This document shows positions 24,545-37,520 of a stretch of 64,000 nt of DNA, piece after piece. Below the pieces are notes generated by a model, which did no database searches, was not told the DNA's origin, and saw only the letters and a program-made list of their open reading frames with translations. A program made the position numbers and the translations under genes. Source of the stretch: Vicugna vicugna (taxonomy: Eukaryota); contig MU058636.1 in the NCBI GenBank assembly GCA_013265495.1, forward strand, positions 5,181,741-5,245,740, in the 5' to 3' direction. Numbering within the stretch: position 1 is the stretch's first letter; the number at the start of each line of letters is the position of its first letter.

Positions 24545-26999
24545 TTAAGGATCTCAGTTTCATTGCTTTTGGACTCTCGGGGCCTGGTACAATGTAGAGC
24601 AATTTTGTTCAATGACTGAGGGAAAGAAGGAAGGACGGAAGGAAGGAAAGAAGGAAGGAAGGGTGAATAAGTAAATACGTGAATGAACAAAGGCTGGGGA
24701 ATGACCCAGATAACCTCTGAGGTCTTTCTAACCCTGTGGTTTTATACCCCACCCATGGAGTAACATTCTCAGGCCTGCATTTGTGCGTGTGTTATGTTCA
24801 GCAAGGTAGGAGGATGGTGACCATAACTTGGAGGTGGCACTCTTGGAGCCCCCACAGCCAAAGGGGCACTGGGAAGATAAGACCAGGGGTAACCTGGAAC
24901 CTAAAACAGGTGGGAAGGTGGGTCAGCAGCAGCTTGTCCACTGCCTGCCTCCTCCCCTGCCCCATCAAAGCACAGGCAAAACAATCAGAAAGCTGAAATG
25001 CTGGTGGAAAGACGTTAGGCAGCCCATTGCAGCTCTGAAGAGGAGGCTCAGGAGTTCATAGGTAGAAGACAGGGTTGAATATGATACTTCAAGATGACAT
25101 GACCGTCTTTGGACCATGCGAGGATGACATGGACAGTGAGCCACAGTCATGCATTTAGGAGCAAGTGCTGTTTGGGAGTGAGTAGTCTGTACACCTGAAT
25201 ATGAGACACATGTTTAGGGATGTCTTTACAGAGACTCAGAGAAGAGTGCGGCTCATAGAGCCCTGCAGGACTGGGTGCGAGTCAAACAGCTATGGAGGGG
25301 AGGGGGGTGGCAACAGGAATGCTTTTAACAAATAATTGCAAGGTGCTGTCCAGGGCTAGGAGATGCTGAAGTGAGTCAGATCATTACACTGGCTAAGGAG
25401 GTTTAGTTGAGAGCACTGATCATAACCAGGCTCCAAGCCGGGTGCTCCCTACCTCACTGCGCTGCTGTTGGAACTCTAACAAAGTCTGCACCATGTGGGT
25501 GCAGATTTCTCTGCCTTCTTAGACGGGCCAGTGACTTTTCGGCTTCCGAATGCCTTAAATTGAAATGTGTGAGATTGGGAATTGCCAGCAAATTTACTAA
25601 AGCCAGGCAAAGTGTTTTGAAATTTTAGTAGGGACTTCATCACCCAGTAGAGATGGGCGGCTCGTCTTATTTATAGGGATGGTTCATGCTACAGCCGAAC
25701 CCAAGAGGAGGAGCAGAGGTCTGGCGCGGTGGGGGGATGGGGGGCTGCACTCTGACGGAACATGGTATCTGCATCCTGTGTGGCCTCACAGTCTGGGGAG
25801 CACTGGAGCTTGATAACCGGGATGTGCATTGAGAGGAAGGTGAGATTTCTCACCTTGACCTGTCCTCAAGGAACGAGACTTGAAGAATTGTCCTATGTCA
25901 GAACCTAAGGAGATATTGAAACTGAGTCTGTACTTAGCAGGGTACAGGAACTTTATGCCTTCTGATCCCATGCTTTGGATTTTTATTATTTGTATGGATC
26001 TGATGGCCACACTTACATGGGTAGGGAAAGTTTTAAGTAAAATATAAAGAATAAAACAAGTCACGAATAAGTCTACCTTTCAAAAATTGATACTAATGCC
26101 ATTTTAGCATGCATACATTTTTTTCTCTGTGCATCTGTGTACATTTAAAAAATAAAATGATAACTGCATTTTAAATAAGCAAACAAACTAACAAAAAGGA
26201 TGACGAGGAAATATGTACGAAAGCACACGTTCATAAAGTGAAAGCTCTCTGGGAGACCAGTACCTCCCCTGAAGGATAACTATCTGGAGGACAAGGTCTT
26301 TGAAATGGAATTTAGATTTTCAGTGCAGGAGTATCCTATATTCTCATGTTATCTGTCAACAAAACAAAACAACAAAAAAAACTTTCTTTTTGGAACGATG
26401 GGTGGACGATTTTCTGTAGGTGGATGTGCATATGTACATTTTTAAAGGTAATAAAAATTCACAATCAGTAGCACAGATGTGTTACTTCTCATGTTCAGGG
26501 TTGGGAAGTTTGAGGACAATTGAATAGAATTACATGAAACAGGCTGGTGGCAGTGAGCGGCACGGTGCCTAGACATAGCAGACAGTGAGTGAGTGAAAAG
26601 ACAAAATGGAGGCTCAAAGGAAAACACTTGTTAGAAATGCTCAGATTGAATAAACATTGTATGGAGAGAAAAATGAGTTAAGAAGTCTAAATCGGGGCGT
26701 TGTTGGAAGTGGGGAAATGAGTGAGCGGGAGGAGTAACAGAGGCAACAATGGATCCAGCCAGTGGCCCCCTCGTGCCTGTGATTTTACACGTGGGCCATC
26801 TTCTTTAATGCTTGTCATCGTTAACAGTGACAATATAGTTAATAACAACACCTGCGGGAAGCAGAAGGGCGCCGTCCGGGCCCCTGCTGCGTGATGCCCT
26901 ACTGTATTTGTGGGCGTTTCAGGTAACCCACAAACACTTGTTCTGCCGTTAAAATCTGGTTGAGGGAGTGCAGTCAGGTAACAGGAAATTAAAACTTAA

Positions 27000-27860
27000 G
27001 GCAGTATGTGGAAGATGCCAAGTGAGAAATCCAGGTGATGACTGCTAAGAGGTTCACAGTGGGAAGAGACCTCTGTGGGCAGCGCAGCTCAGGGCAGGGA
27101 TCTGAATGCACAGACTCCCAGATGCAGCGCGACCTTATACAGAAAGCCATTCTAAGGAAGACAGATTTGGCTGCAGATTGAAGTGTGAATGACAGAGGAA
27201 AGACTTGAGGCAGGGAGATGAGTCAGAAGATGACAACAAAATGCCAGACGGAAGGCACAGGGGGCTTGTCTTCTAGTGGTGACATAGGGTTGGAAAGAAA
27301 GAAACAAATGGAAGAATCCACACAACCTGGTGGCTGATTGGAAGTGGAGAGCCAGAGAGAAGGTGTAATGAAAGGTGAATTCAATCCTGGGAATCAGAGA
27401 GAATCATGTTCTTGGCAGAATAGATGTTGATTTTGAAAATAAAGCAATGAGCTTGAGATGTGACAAATTCCAGGTGACAAGAGGTATTCCAGAAGTGTCT
27501 GGCAGGTGTTTGGTAGTGGATTCTGCTGACAGTTCAGAGCTGAGTGCTGACCTGGGGGTCATGGGCATAGTTCTTTGTAACTGAAAATTCAGAGTGAATG
27601 TTCTCCCAGAGGGAGGAGGCTTCGAGAGAAAGGTGGTTGAAGAGAACACAGGAGGAGTGTGCCCACAGCAAGTCTACAAAAGAAAGCAGGAGCAGCACTG
27701 GATATGAACATAGAAGGTGCTGTTAACAGTGAGGCAGAGACTCAGGACAGCGTGGTACAGAGAGCCAAGGTAGGAGAGAGTTTCAGGGAGGAATGGGTGG
27801 GAGATGCTGTGAATTGTTACAAAGAGATCTTAGAGAATCAGGACAAAATACTTCGTAACT
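27000..27860 (-). mobile_element. Highly diverged L2 fragment
   Basis: Purine-rich L2 antisense phrases (gaggcagggagatgagtcagaag, gagccaaggtaggagagagtttcagggaggaatgg). Confidence 0.55.
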
Positions 27861-27903
27861 TTCTGGTTACAAACAAAGCTTTTGCTATATTTCTTCATTA
27901 CTG

Positions 27904-28525
27904 TTTTTTTAAATGGACTTTTATTTCTTAGAGCAGTTTTAGGCTCAGAGCAAACAAGCACAGAATACCGAGAGTTCCCGTAAGCCCCCTGCCCCCACAC
28001 ATGCACAGCCTCCCCCACTATCAGCATCCCTGCCAGAGTGGTGTATCTGTTGCAATTGATGAAGCTACTTTGACACATCATTATGATCCAAAGTCCATAG
28101 TTTAATTAGGGTTCACTCTCTGTGTTGTGCACTGTATCATTTTCACAAACATATAATGATATGTATCCATTATTATAATATCATGCGGAATAGTTACGTT
28201 GTCCTAAAAATCCTCTACATTCCACCCATTCATCCCTCCCTCTCCCCTTACCCCTTAGCAACCACTGTCTTCTTACTGTCTCCAGCATTTTACCTTTTCC
28301 AGAATGTCATGCAGTTGCAATTATAAGGCATATACCTTTTTCAGATTGGCTTTTTCAATTAGTAATATTCATTTAAAGTTCCTCCATGTCTTTTCTTGAC
28401 TCCATGCCTCATTTCTTTTTAGCTCTAAATGACATTCCCTTTGTCTGATGTACCACAATTTATGTATCCATTTATCTACTGAAGGACATCTTGGTTGCTT
28501 CCAAGTTTTGACAATTATGAATAAA
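27904..28525 (-). mobile_element. L1MC-like 3' UTR
   Basis: ttagagcagttttaggctcag...cccccacacatgcacagcctcccccactatcagcatcc...ctactgaaggacatcttggttgcttccaagttttgacaattatgaataaag. Confidence 0.9.
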
Positions 28526-29774
28526 GATCTGACAGATCTAAGAAGAGTTGTTGATTTTCAGTTAGTTCAGCTTTTCACTTGTTAGGATGAAGCTACATGG
28601 CAAGCTCCTTACATGTCGTACCGAAGATCAGAAGCACATGATTCTCTTCATTACTTTCTAACCCTTAGAGAATGTCAATGAATAGTGCTCAGTCTGCAGC
28701 CAGCATAAGTAACAACAAAGAAGTATTTAAGGTTATAGCTTTGAGAGAGTGGGGCACAGAGGAATCAGTAAGTTCTGGTGGGGGGCGGCGGCAGAGGGTA
28801 CCGTGGATCCTCTGCCTGTTTATCTCCCTGTCAGAAGCCCTAGGGGGAAGGCACAACAGAAAGTAAGGAAGGGTGGAAAAAAGACAAACAAAGATCTTGT
28901 GAAATTCTGACAACAACAAATAGTTGTTTACCAGATGGCCTGTGAACAGCGAACTAGGACTAATGAGAGAAACATTTTTTTTCTTCACCAGCACTTTTTT
29001 CTTCATTATAGCAGAATGGGTTACATAAGAACATTTAGAACTTATTTCTCTGATATTGTAAACCTTGGATAAAATTTACTGGTGCTCAAAGTGAGGCATT
29101 ATACTTTTAAAATTTAAGTCTATGGTATTTGTATGTTGCAAATATGGATAACACAGACTTTTGACATATTTTCATGCATAAGCAATACTTTAAGCTTCCA
29201 GTATATGTAATAATCATCATTCTTGATGAAAATAAAGAAATAGCATCAATGGAGTGGTTTTTATCAAATGGGAGCCAGAATCCCCTGGAAGAGGGATCAA
29301 AGGATTTGTCCTGCAGAGCTGGGAAGAGCTCCATGGAGCAGCTTCTCCCCTAAACCCATCTCAGTGCCATCCTCCGTGTCTGATCCTCCTTCCACTGTGT
29401 TCAGCACCCTCACTTGCCTTTTATTGCAGCTGGTCTTTTGGTTCATTCATCCAGGTAGCTTGGGACAAGAGAGAACGATGGTGAGAAAGACGGATGCGGG
29501 GCTTTGAGCAGTAAAGCTAGCCAATCCCTCTGTGTTCTTTTATCGTGTTTTGTAATCTTGTGTACGATACTAATTAGCTGTATCTCCCTATCTCGTTGGA
29601 GAGTGAGGCTCAGGAGCACAGAGCTCTAATTTACCTTCTCATCTTCTTCAGGGCTCAGCATGTGTCTGTTATCTATCGGGTGCTCCATAGCGTTTGGTGG
29701 AATTGAATTGAAATGAAATACATTGAACTTAATTATGCTAAAAGTAAATGGCTGCCAAGGTCTGCAGCAGTGCC

Positions 29775-30150
29775 ACATGATGGTTAAGGACCCAGGCTTT
29801 CCAGTTAGACCCGTGTAGCGTCCAGAATTTCCATACTGAATGGGTTTAGGAGTGGCTGGCTCTTTGGGAGAGAAGAGGACAAGGGGATTTGTGCTAAAGC
29901 TGCATTAGCATAGAAATCACCTTGTTTGGACTAGATCAGGTAGCCTGCTTAAGCCACTTCTTAGTACCACCTTCGCTATAGACACATATGGGTTAAAGTA
30001 ATTTCCCCAAACCTCAGTTCCCACGTGTGGAAAATGGGAATAATAATAGTAATAATAACAACCCCAGCAGGCTGTTCTGACAATTGCTGAGAACATGTGT
30101 GTCAAGTCTTTAACATTCAGTAAGCACGCAAAAAAAGCTATCTTTATTAT
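29775..30150 (+). mobile_element. MIR fragments
   Basis: acctcagttcccacgtgtggaaaatgggaataataatagta...gctgttctgacaattgctgagaacatgtgtgtcaag. Confidence 0.65.
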
Positions 30151-30324
30151 TACTGTAATATCTTCAGTTGGTTGTATTCCTCACACATTAGAATGTTAGA
30201 GCTAGAAGGGAGCTCAGAAACAGCAAAGACAGAGCCTTTGGAGTCCACAGACCCCACCGTGGGTCCCGTCTCTACTCTCTCCTAGGAGGGTGACCTTGGG
30301 CAGGTCACTCACCCAGTAAAACCA

Positions 30325-30490
30325 CCTTATGTGAGAATCACCTGGACTTGTTAAAATTCAGATTCCAAGGCCCCTCCCCAAATATTCTGATTAAGTAGTT
30401 TAATGGTGGGGCCCAGGGATCTGCATTTTACAAGTTTCCAGGTGATTCTGGTCCACGAAGCCTGTGGACCATAGTTTGTGAAACGTTGAC
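30325..30490. mobile_element. MER5A-like hAT DNA transposon inside a MIR
   Basis: gaatcacctggacttgttaaaattcagattcc...ggggcccagggatctgcattttacaagtttccaggtgattctg. Confidence 0.8.
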
Positions 30491-32639
30491 TTAATCTCTT
30501 GGAGTCTCAGGCCGTTTCCTCCCACAATGAGGCAGTGCTACCTGCTCTGTGGTTTGTGTATGGAAGCATCTAGCTGTGAATCTGGTTTATCGAAGGTGTT
30601 CAGAAACGGCTCCCTTCCCTCCAGATATTGTCTGTTCAGCTATTTCGTCCATGCATGTGCATCGACTGCCAGAGACAAGGCCAAAATCTCTGGAAGGTGC
30701 TAGAAGTTGACAGAAATCAGCTAATAAATTAAGATGATTAGAGTCTGGGAAACACACAATGTAGTTTGAAGAACGTAGGCTGGTAATAGAACGATTCCCA
30801 TTCCCTCCCCACAAGTCAACCATGTATGGAAATCAGAAATTCCACCCTGATGAGCATGTGCTCAGATGCCAGAAACCATGGAGCGGCAAGCAGGGCCGGC
30901 ACCATCACCATCGGCAGCAAGCAGTTTCCAAACGAGTTCTGGAAATTTGATTACTTGCCGGCCTCTGATTCATTAATGTAATATTAGAAGAAAACTAACA
31001 GGGGATGATGACCTCAGAGGACATATGGGGAGAAGGCCAAGTCCATGCTGAACTGAGTCAGCTACAGAGAAAATGAAACCAGTTTGCCCAGGAGCACAGG
31101 AGCTTTTAAGGTTCTTGTTTGCTGTGTGTACATTCCATGGTCTTAGCTGCAGATGGCTCCTGCTGTTGCTATAGAATGGCAACTTTGAAGCCCTGGTGTC
31201 TATAATAAGACATATGAGCTCACTTGTTAATGCTTTTCCTTCCTGTTTTACTTTTCAGTATGTTAAGCTGCTATTTAACTTAGAATTGTCACAATCTGTG
31301 GCATTATATAATGATATAACTTCTTTCCTGTATAATTGGTTAAGACTTTGTGATACTTCTGATTGGAGGGGGATTAAAAACTATGGAGAAACATAAAGCC
31401 GTATTTATATAAATGCAAAAAAAAATTATTTCCATCAACTCTCCCCAAAATGAGTTGAGATAAAACCATTAAGACTTTACTTTTTTTTTTTTCATGCAGA
31501 GAATATACTTTAAACTGATTCCCCTTTCCCCTCCTTTTCATCCGTTGTTTGTGGACATAGGATAGATAGCAGCTGGGGAGGAGATGAGAAAAATCTACTA
31601 AAAACTGGTTCTGTTTAACAGTTTAAATTCAAACTTGTTTTTTAAGAGAAAAATCTTGTAATGTTTTATTCAGGTTTAGCAATGGCAACATCATTAGAAT
31701 TGTAGCCTGCCTCACAGAAAGAATTTTTATAATTATAAACTCCTAAATAAAGCTTTGAAACAGAATCTGATTTGTCTATGGGGAGGTTTTTTTTTTTCTT
31801 TCCATTTATTCGTACATTTGCTCATTCATTCAACAAACATTGGCTGCTGCCATCTGTGCTAGACAGGGAAAGAGGGAGTTCAGAGAATTGTGCCCTCAAG
31901 GAATACCGATCTTTTGACCCAGCTTCCATGGAGTCCTCTATGTGCTCCATCCCAGCATGTTGGATATTTTATTGAAACTACTGATTCAGCAAATACCTGT
32001 TGAGTGTTCCCTTTTTGTTGAGTGAGGGGCTACATGGTCCCTGCCTACCCATGGGGCTCTTGTGGGGATTAAGTGGGTTAATACAGGTCAAGTGCTTGGC
32101 TCTACACTTGGGGCTTAGACAGTGTTTAATAGATGCCAGAGGAATGAAGTCAGTCAACTTAATGCCCAGTGGGAAACTGTTGCTGGGAAGAGACTGGTAG
32201 ACCCTATGGTAGTGGGCTTCAGTAGGATGAGATGATAGAGAAGGATAGGCTTTTACCATCTTTTGGCAGCAATAATTCTGCACATCTCCTGCAGTCATGC
32301 TTTCCAACCTGCTGGTTTACTTACTTTTGCTTAGGCTTCTCTCTTTGGTTTCAGCCACTTTGTGATTTCCTCCTTTCCTTCCTCCCTCTCTCCCAAGTTT
32401 CCCTCATATTCACATCTTCATTCTGTCATAAAATCCCAGCAATATTACTCCACTAAATTTATTCAAGGTAATATAAGAGCAGCCATTAGGGGACAGGCTG
32501 TCCAGGAAGACCCATAGGAACACTGAGTCACTGGTCTGTAGGAGTTAGGGCCAGGGGCTAGGCTCAGCGCCTATAGGTTGGGCTGACCTGAGGATGGGAG
32601 GTCATGGTGTTCCTATTATAGCTTAAAGCATCTATGTAC

Positions 32640-32796
32640 CATCGACTCTTGAACAACATGGTTTGAAACACATAGGTCCACTTACATGCAGATACTTTTC
32701 AGTGGTAAATACTCTAGTACTACATGGTCCATGGATGCAGAGGGCCAACTATAAACTATACCCAAATTAACTCCCACATTGTTCGAGGGCCAACTG
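32640..32796. mobile_element. Tigger2/MER8-like mariner MITE with degenerate terminal inverted repeats
   Basis: Left end catcgactcttgaacaacatgg and right end cattgttcgagggccaactg correspond to the cagttgacccttgaacaa TIR. Confidence 0.8.
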
Positions 32797-34552
32797 TGCA
32801 TTCATACCTATTGCTATAGGCACCTGCATATAGCTCTTACTCAGGGGACTTTGATATTCTGAATTATGGAACAAAAATGGTGATTCCTCTGTTGAGAAAC
32901 ACTGAAACCAGGATCAGTGACTGGAATATTTGAAATAAAAGAACGAGGGGTTGTTGATTCTTGGTAGGGGGTGGGGTGGGGAAAACATCTTGAAGAGTTC
33001 AGCTGTTACTTCCTTAGCACCCATTTAGATATTGTAATTATACAAGATTGTAGTCAAGGAAAATATATGTCTTCTGCACTTTAAGAAAAATTTTAACAAA
33101 GAAAGAACTTTGCTTTTTGCCTCCCAAGGAGTCAGTCCCTAAACATATCTTTTACCTTCCATGGAGGTAGTGTCTCTCCTACCAGTGTGCAAATTCCATG
33201 GGCACAGGACCATATTTACTGTTGGTCACTATAAATCCCCAGAGCCTGGTACAGTATCTGGTACCCCAAAGTGCTCAATCCACATCTGTTGATGTAAACT
33301 AATCAGGTGTGTGAAGTCATTTTGAAAGCCTGCATTCTATAGCTCAAATAATCTGAACAGGATTCTCGACCAAGTGACAAACTAAAAAACCCAAGAGATC
33401 ATAGATAGCAAACCAGAACACGGTGTTAAGGAACAGTTCCACTAATGGAATTTTAAACCGTTGATACGAGTTCCAATAACATACTCTGTTTTTAAGCAAT
33501 AATTGTTTGAGGAACTCAGAATTGACAGGATGACACTCTTGCTTCTACAGGGAAGTTCATGCTGAGGGCCCAAGCCTGACTGTTACTGTGATGATCTAAA
33601 CATTCATTGTGTTAGTGGGTTCAATCTTCAGACTCGGGGAGGAGTCATTTGTGAGGAAGACATGAAGGAAAAAAAAAATCAAACCAAACAAACCCTGACT
33701 TCACCTTTTTAGCATCAGCAAAAAATGACCAAACCCAAGCCATCTGAGTCATCCCTGGATATATGGAACCTAAACAGGTGAATTCAGCAGAGCTGGTTTA
33801 CTGACAGAGTAGAATGACTGTCCAGTCTGCATAATTAGTGGCAGTTGGTTTGAACTCAGATCAAAATATGCATGAAGGGCAAATAAGTTGACTCAGTGGC
33901 TCACCTAAGATAGAGTCACATTCTAGGGATGAGAAAGAAATTAAGTTAAGCCAAAAAGAAATCAGAATATGGAAAAAAAAGAAAACCGATACAGATGGAA
34001 AATAAAATCTCAGTATTGTATCTGTCAGTGAATTATTGGATTACTTTGATAAACTGTTGATAAGAGCTGACAAGCATTTTGTTCTATTCGATGGGTTTTC
34101 TTCTTTGTTCACTATAGCATCTTTCATGATACTATGTTATTAAACAGAAAGTTCCAAACCTTAACTAACCAATAGTTGCCTCCTGTGTTAAGGATAATGA
34201 CTTCATATAGCAGGAAAGTTTGTTTTAGGGAACTGACAGAGTGTGTCTGCAAATAGGCAGCTGAATTGGACCCAAGATTTGGTTCTCAAATTTACCGTGG
34301 CTCATTAGAAAGTTTTTGGAGCAGAGGGACAATTATTTCTTGGATCTTGGTGCTTGCAGTTGTATAAACAGGCCACAGAGGAATGGAATGACCAAATCTT
34401 TACGTTGCATCTTTTTAACCATGCATGTATGCACATGGCTGTTGTCACTGGTGTCAGGCAATCCAAACACAAGAAAATTATTTCTAATTATTGCCAATGT
34501 CCTTAATGGAACTATTTGTAAAAACAAACAAAACTATGTGAGGTAGTTTTGT

Positions 34553-34781
34553 TATATATATATTTTTTGTGGTAGCATAGTCACTTTACAATGTTGTGTC
34601 AATTTCTGGTGTACAGCATAATAGTTCAATCATACATATATATACATATATTCGTTTTCATATTCTTTTCCATTGTGGGTTGCTACAAGATACTGAATAT
34701 AGTTCCCTGTGCTATGTAGTATAAGCTGTTGTTTATTTCATACATAGTAGTTAGTATCTGCAAACCTCAAACTCCCAAGTT
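34553..34781 (-). mobile_element. L1 3' end forming the 3' half of a U6/L1 chimera
   Basis: catagtcactttacaatgttgtgtcaatttctggtgtacagcata...gaatatagttccctgtgctat...gtatctgcaaacctcaaactcccaagtt abuts the U6 oligo-U end. Confidence 0.9.
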
Positions 34782-34884
34782 AAAAAATATGGAATACTTC
34801 ATGAATTTGCATGTCATCCTTGAGAAGGGGCCATGCTAATCTCTGTATCATTCTAATTTTAGTATATGTGCTGCCGAAGTGAGC
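34782..34884 (-). pseudogene. RNU6: Near full-length U6 snRNA retrocopy
   Basis: Reverse complement reads GCTCACTTCGGCAGCACATATACTAAAATTAGAATGATACAGAG---ATTAGCATGGCCCCTTCTCAAGGATGACATGCAAATTCATGAAGTATTCCATATTTTTT: about 9 substitutions (mostly at CpG) and a 3-nt deletion against U6. Confidence 0.97.
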
Positions 34885-35377
34885 GGTATTACATTGTTTT
34901 GACTCCTTTTGTTTCAGTGTGAATCTCTAGCAGTTTCCTTTTTTTTTCTTAACTAATTATTGTTGAAATGCATAGTACTCACAGACAGAAGTAAATGTGT
35001 TTAAGGGCACCTTATGCTAACAGGTGCAACTCTGGACTGTCAAACCTGGGTCCAGAATCTTGACTGAAACAGTTATGAAGGCTGAGCTGGTCCCAATCTC
35101 TTCCTCTTATGAAACTGGGAGGGTCTTCCTTCACATGCAATTTTATGAGGACAACAATAGAAATAGTTGAGGATGACTAAAATTATACTATATATTAGAA
35201 TGAAAACTATACACAGTTCACTTTATCTATAACTCAAGTATAATCATATGAAATGGAATCCCTCAATGGGAGGATGTACAGAGCTCAATTTATAATTTTA
35301 AAAAATGTTAGAGGTAAATCTGCCAGCAATTTCTCTGTATGGGCAGGAATGGGAGTCACTTTGGAGGATAGTGTATA

Positions 35378-36003
35378 TTTTTAATTGTGGTAAAATATAC
35401 ACAACATAAAAGTTACCATTGCAATTGTCTTTATGTGTATAGTTAGAGACATTAAGTACATTCGCAATGTTGTACGATTATCAGCATTATCAATTTACAG
35501 AACTTTTTCGTCATACCAAAGTGAAACTTTACCCGTTAAACAATAACTTCCCATCCCCTCTCCTCCAGGCCTGCACAACCACCATTCTACTTTCTGTCTT
35601 TATGAGTTTGCCTAGTCTAGGGCTCTCATATAAGTGCAGTCATACAATATTTGTCCTTTCGAGTCTGGCTTATTTCACTTAGCATAATGTTTTCAAGGTT
35701 CATCCATGTTGTTGTGTATGTCAGAATGTCCTTCCTTTTTAAGGCTGAATCATCCATTGTGTGTCTGTACTACGCTTTGTTTCTCCATTCATCAGTTGAT
35801 GGACACTTGAGTAGTTTCTACCTTTTGTCTATTGCGAATAATGCTGCTATGAACATGGGTTTACAATTATTTCTCTAAGACACTGCTTTCAACTCTTCTG
35901 GGTGTATGCCACGAAATGAAATTACTGGATCATATGATAGTTCTATTTTAAATTTTTTGAGGAACCTGCAAATTGTTTTCCACAGTGACTGCACTCTTTT
36001 ATA
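35378..36003 (-). mobile_element. L1MB-like 3' UTR
   Basis: ttttaattgtggtaaaatatacacaacataaaagttaccatt...gatggacacttgagtagtttctacctttt...aattttttgaggaacctgcaaattgttttccacagtgactgcac. Confidence 0.9.
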
Positions 36004-37025
36004 TTTGGAGTATGTATTTTTTTGATGCAGCCTCTTTTTGATATGAAACTGTAAGGCCAGCAGGCCCTCTGCCATGGGGAATCTGTCACTGGACTTTTTT
36101 GTTGAACTCAGCAGTGTCTCTTTCCTTGGTGTTGAGTGTAGGAAAGAAGAGATGCACTAATGACATAAGGAGCCTGGGGTCCTGACTGATGTGGAAGGAT
36201 ATCTCAACCCCTTTACTGTTTGTGTTACCACTTGTGTTTTCTGCACTGGACAGAGGGGAACGCCCTGACACTTCCTGTGCTACACCATTAAACTCTGGCT
36301 GCAGAACCTCAGGGAGAAACTGTTAAATTTTCCTACCATCCAGTGGGCTCTGGTATAAAAAAAGCTGGCAGGACGCAAAATTAACATCTTTTCTTGATTA
36401 AAAAATAGTATGACAACATTAAGTTCCATATTAATGGAAGAAGTGCTTTGGCACTCATTGAAAACAGTGCTTTGGGTATGGAAAATTATGTGAGGAATAG
36501 CGCTAAGTTCTGAGCCCTGTTTTAAAAAACAATGCCACTAGTTCATTTGTCTGAATGGGACCGAACATGGTGGAAAAGCATTAGGGAAGAGATTTCTGTT
36601 CACATTTAGGTTCTTCTTTTAAAATTGAGCCATTTTATCTCTTTTGAAAAATGGAGAATTCTCATCCGCCCACCCTGACCACCCCTACCCCCAAACACAC
36701 ACCAGGGTCTCATAAAGTAGCTTTTCTGTGTGAGTGATTAGTTTCTTTCTCCGTGCAGATTTTTTTGGGAATTGTCATTTTGTGCCTACAAAACAAAAGA
36801 AAATTTGATTCAGAAGATTAAAAACACATTCTTGCCTGCTCTAATTATAAAGATGAAAAGCATTGGGCCTCATCTCAACAATGAACTTAGAGGATAAATA
36901 TATGTTTGTCCAGATGTTTACCAAGCTTGAGAGAGCACATTTCATTTACCCTAAACCTCACAGCACAAAGTCTTCCACTGGGCCCCAGTGCCCACACACG
37001 GCACCTCAGTGCCCTCTAGTTTGTG

Positions 37026-37154
37026 TGTCAGGCCTTCAACTGCTTAGATGAGGCCCACCCATAATATGAAGAACAACTTGCTACTCCCAAAGTTCACCAG
37101 TTTAGATCCTAATCTCATCCAAAATCACCCTCCAAATAGACACATAAAATGAAC
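37026..37154 (-). repeat. Left arm of perfect 129-bp inverted repeat (MLT2-derived)
   Basis: Exact reverse complement of 37526-37654, checked base by base. Confidence 0.97.
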
Positions 37155-37520
37155 AGGACATTTTAACTTAACAGTGACACTTAACTCCAGGACAAGGGCC
37201 TTGTCAGTGTCAAGAGGTACTTGGCTTGAGCTATTTCAGTGGCACAAAAAAAAACCCAAAACATTAAGTGTATTGTTTTGGTGAGTGTTTATATTTGTGT
37301 TTCATTGTACTCAGTAATGAAACACTTCTTTTTCACATGTCTGAGTAAATGAAATGATCAAGAAAAAATGTGTCCCCCATGTGTTCAAAAGCAGAGGAAA
37401 CTGCTAGCTAACTTTGGGATGCTATATACAGTAATAACACTAATAGTAGCTTTTAATTGGTGCAATTACTTCCTGATCATTGAGGACCCCTATATAGTTT
37501 TTCAATTATCTAGGTTCCTT

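Noticed and set aside
26858..26876. CTCF-like motif gcagaagggcgcc
   Set aside because: Spacing does not fit the CCASYAGRKGGCRS core.
28526..28635. Similarity to 56490-56610 as a possible local duplication
   Set aside because: The two are clearly diverged and look like independent copies of the same old L1-associated repeat segment.
34782..34884. Functional U6 gene
   Set aside because: CpG decay, a 3-nt deletion at the ACAGAGA box region, fusion to an L1 tail and no evident PSE/TATA upstream.
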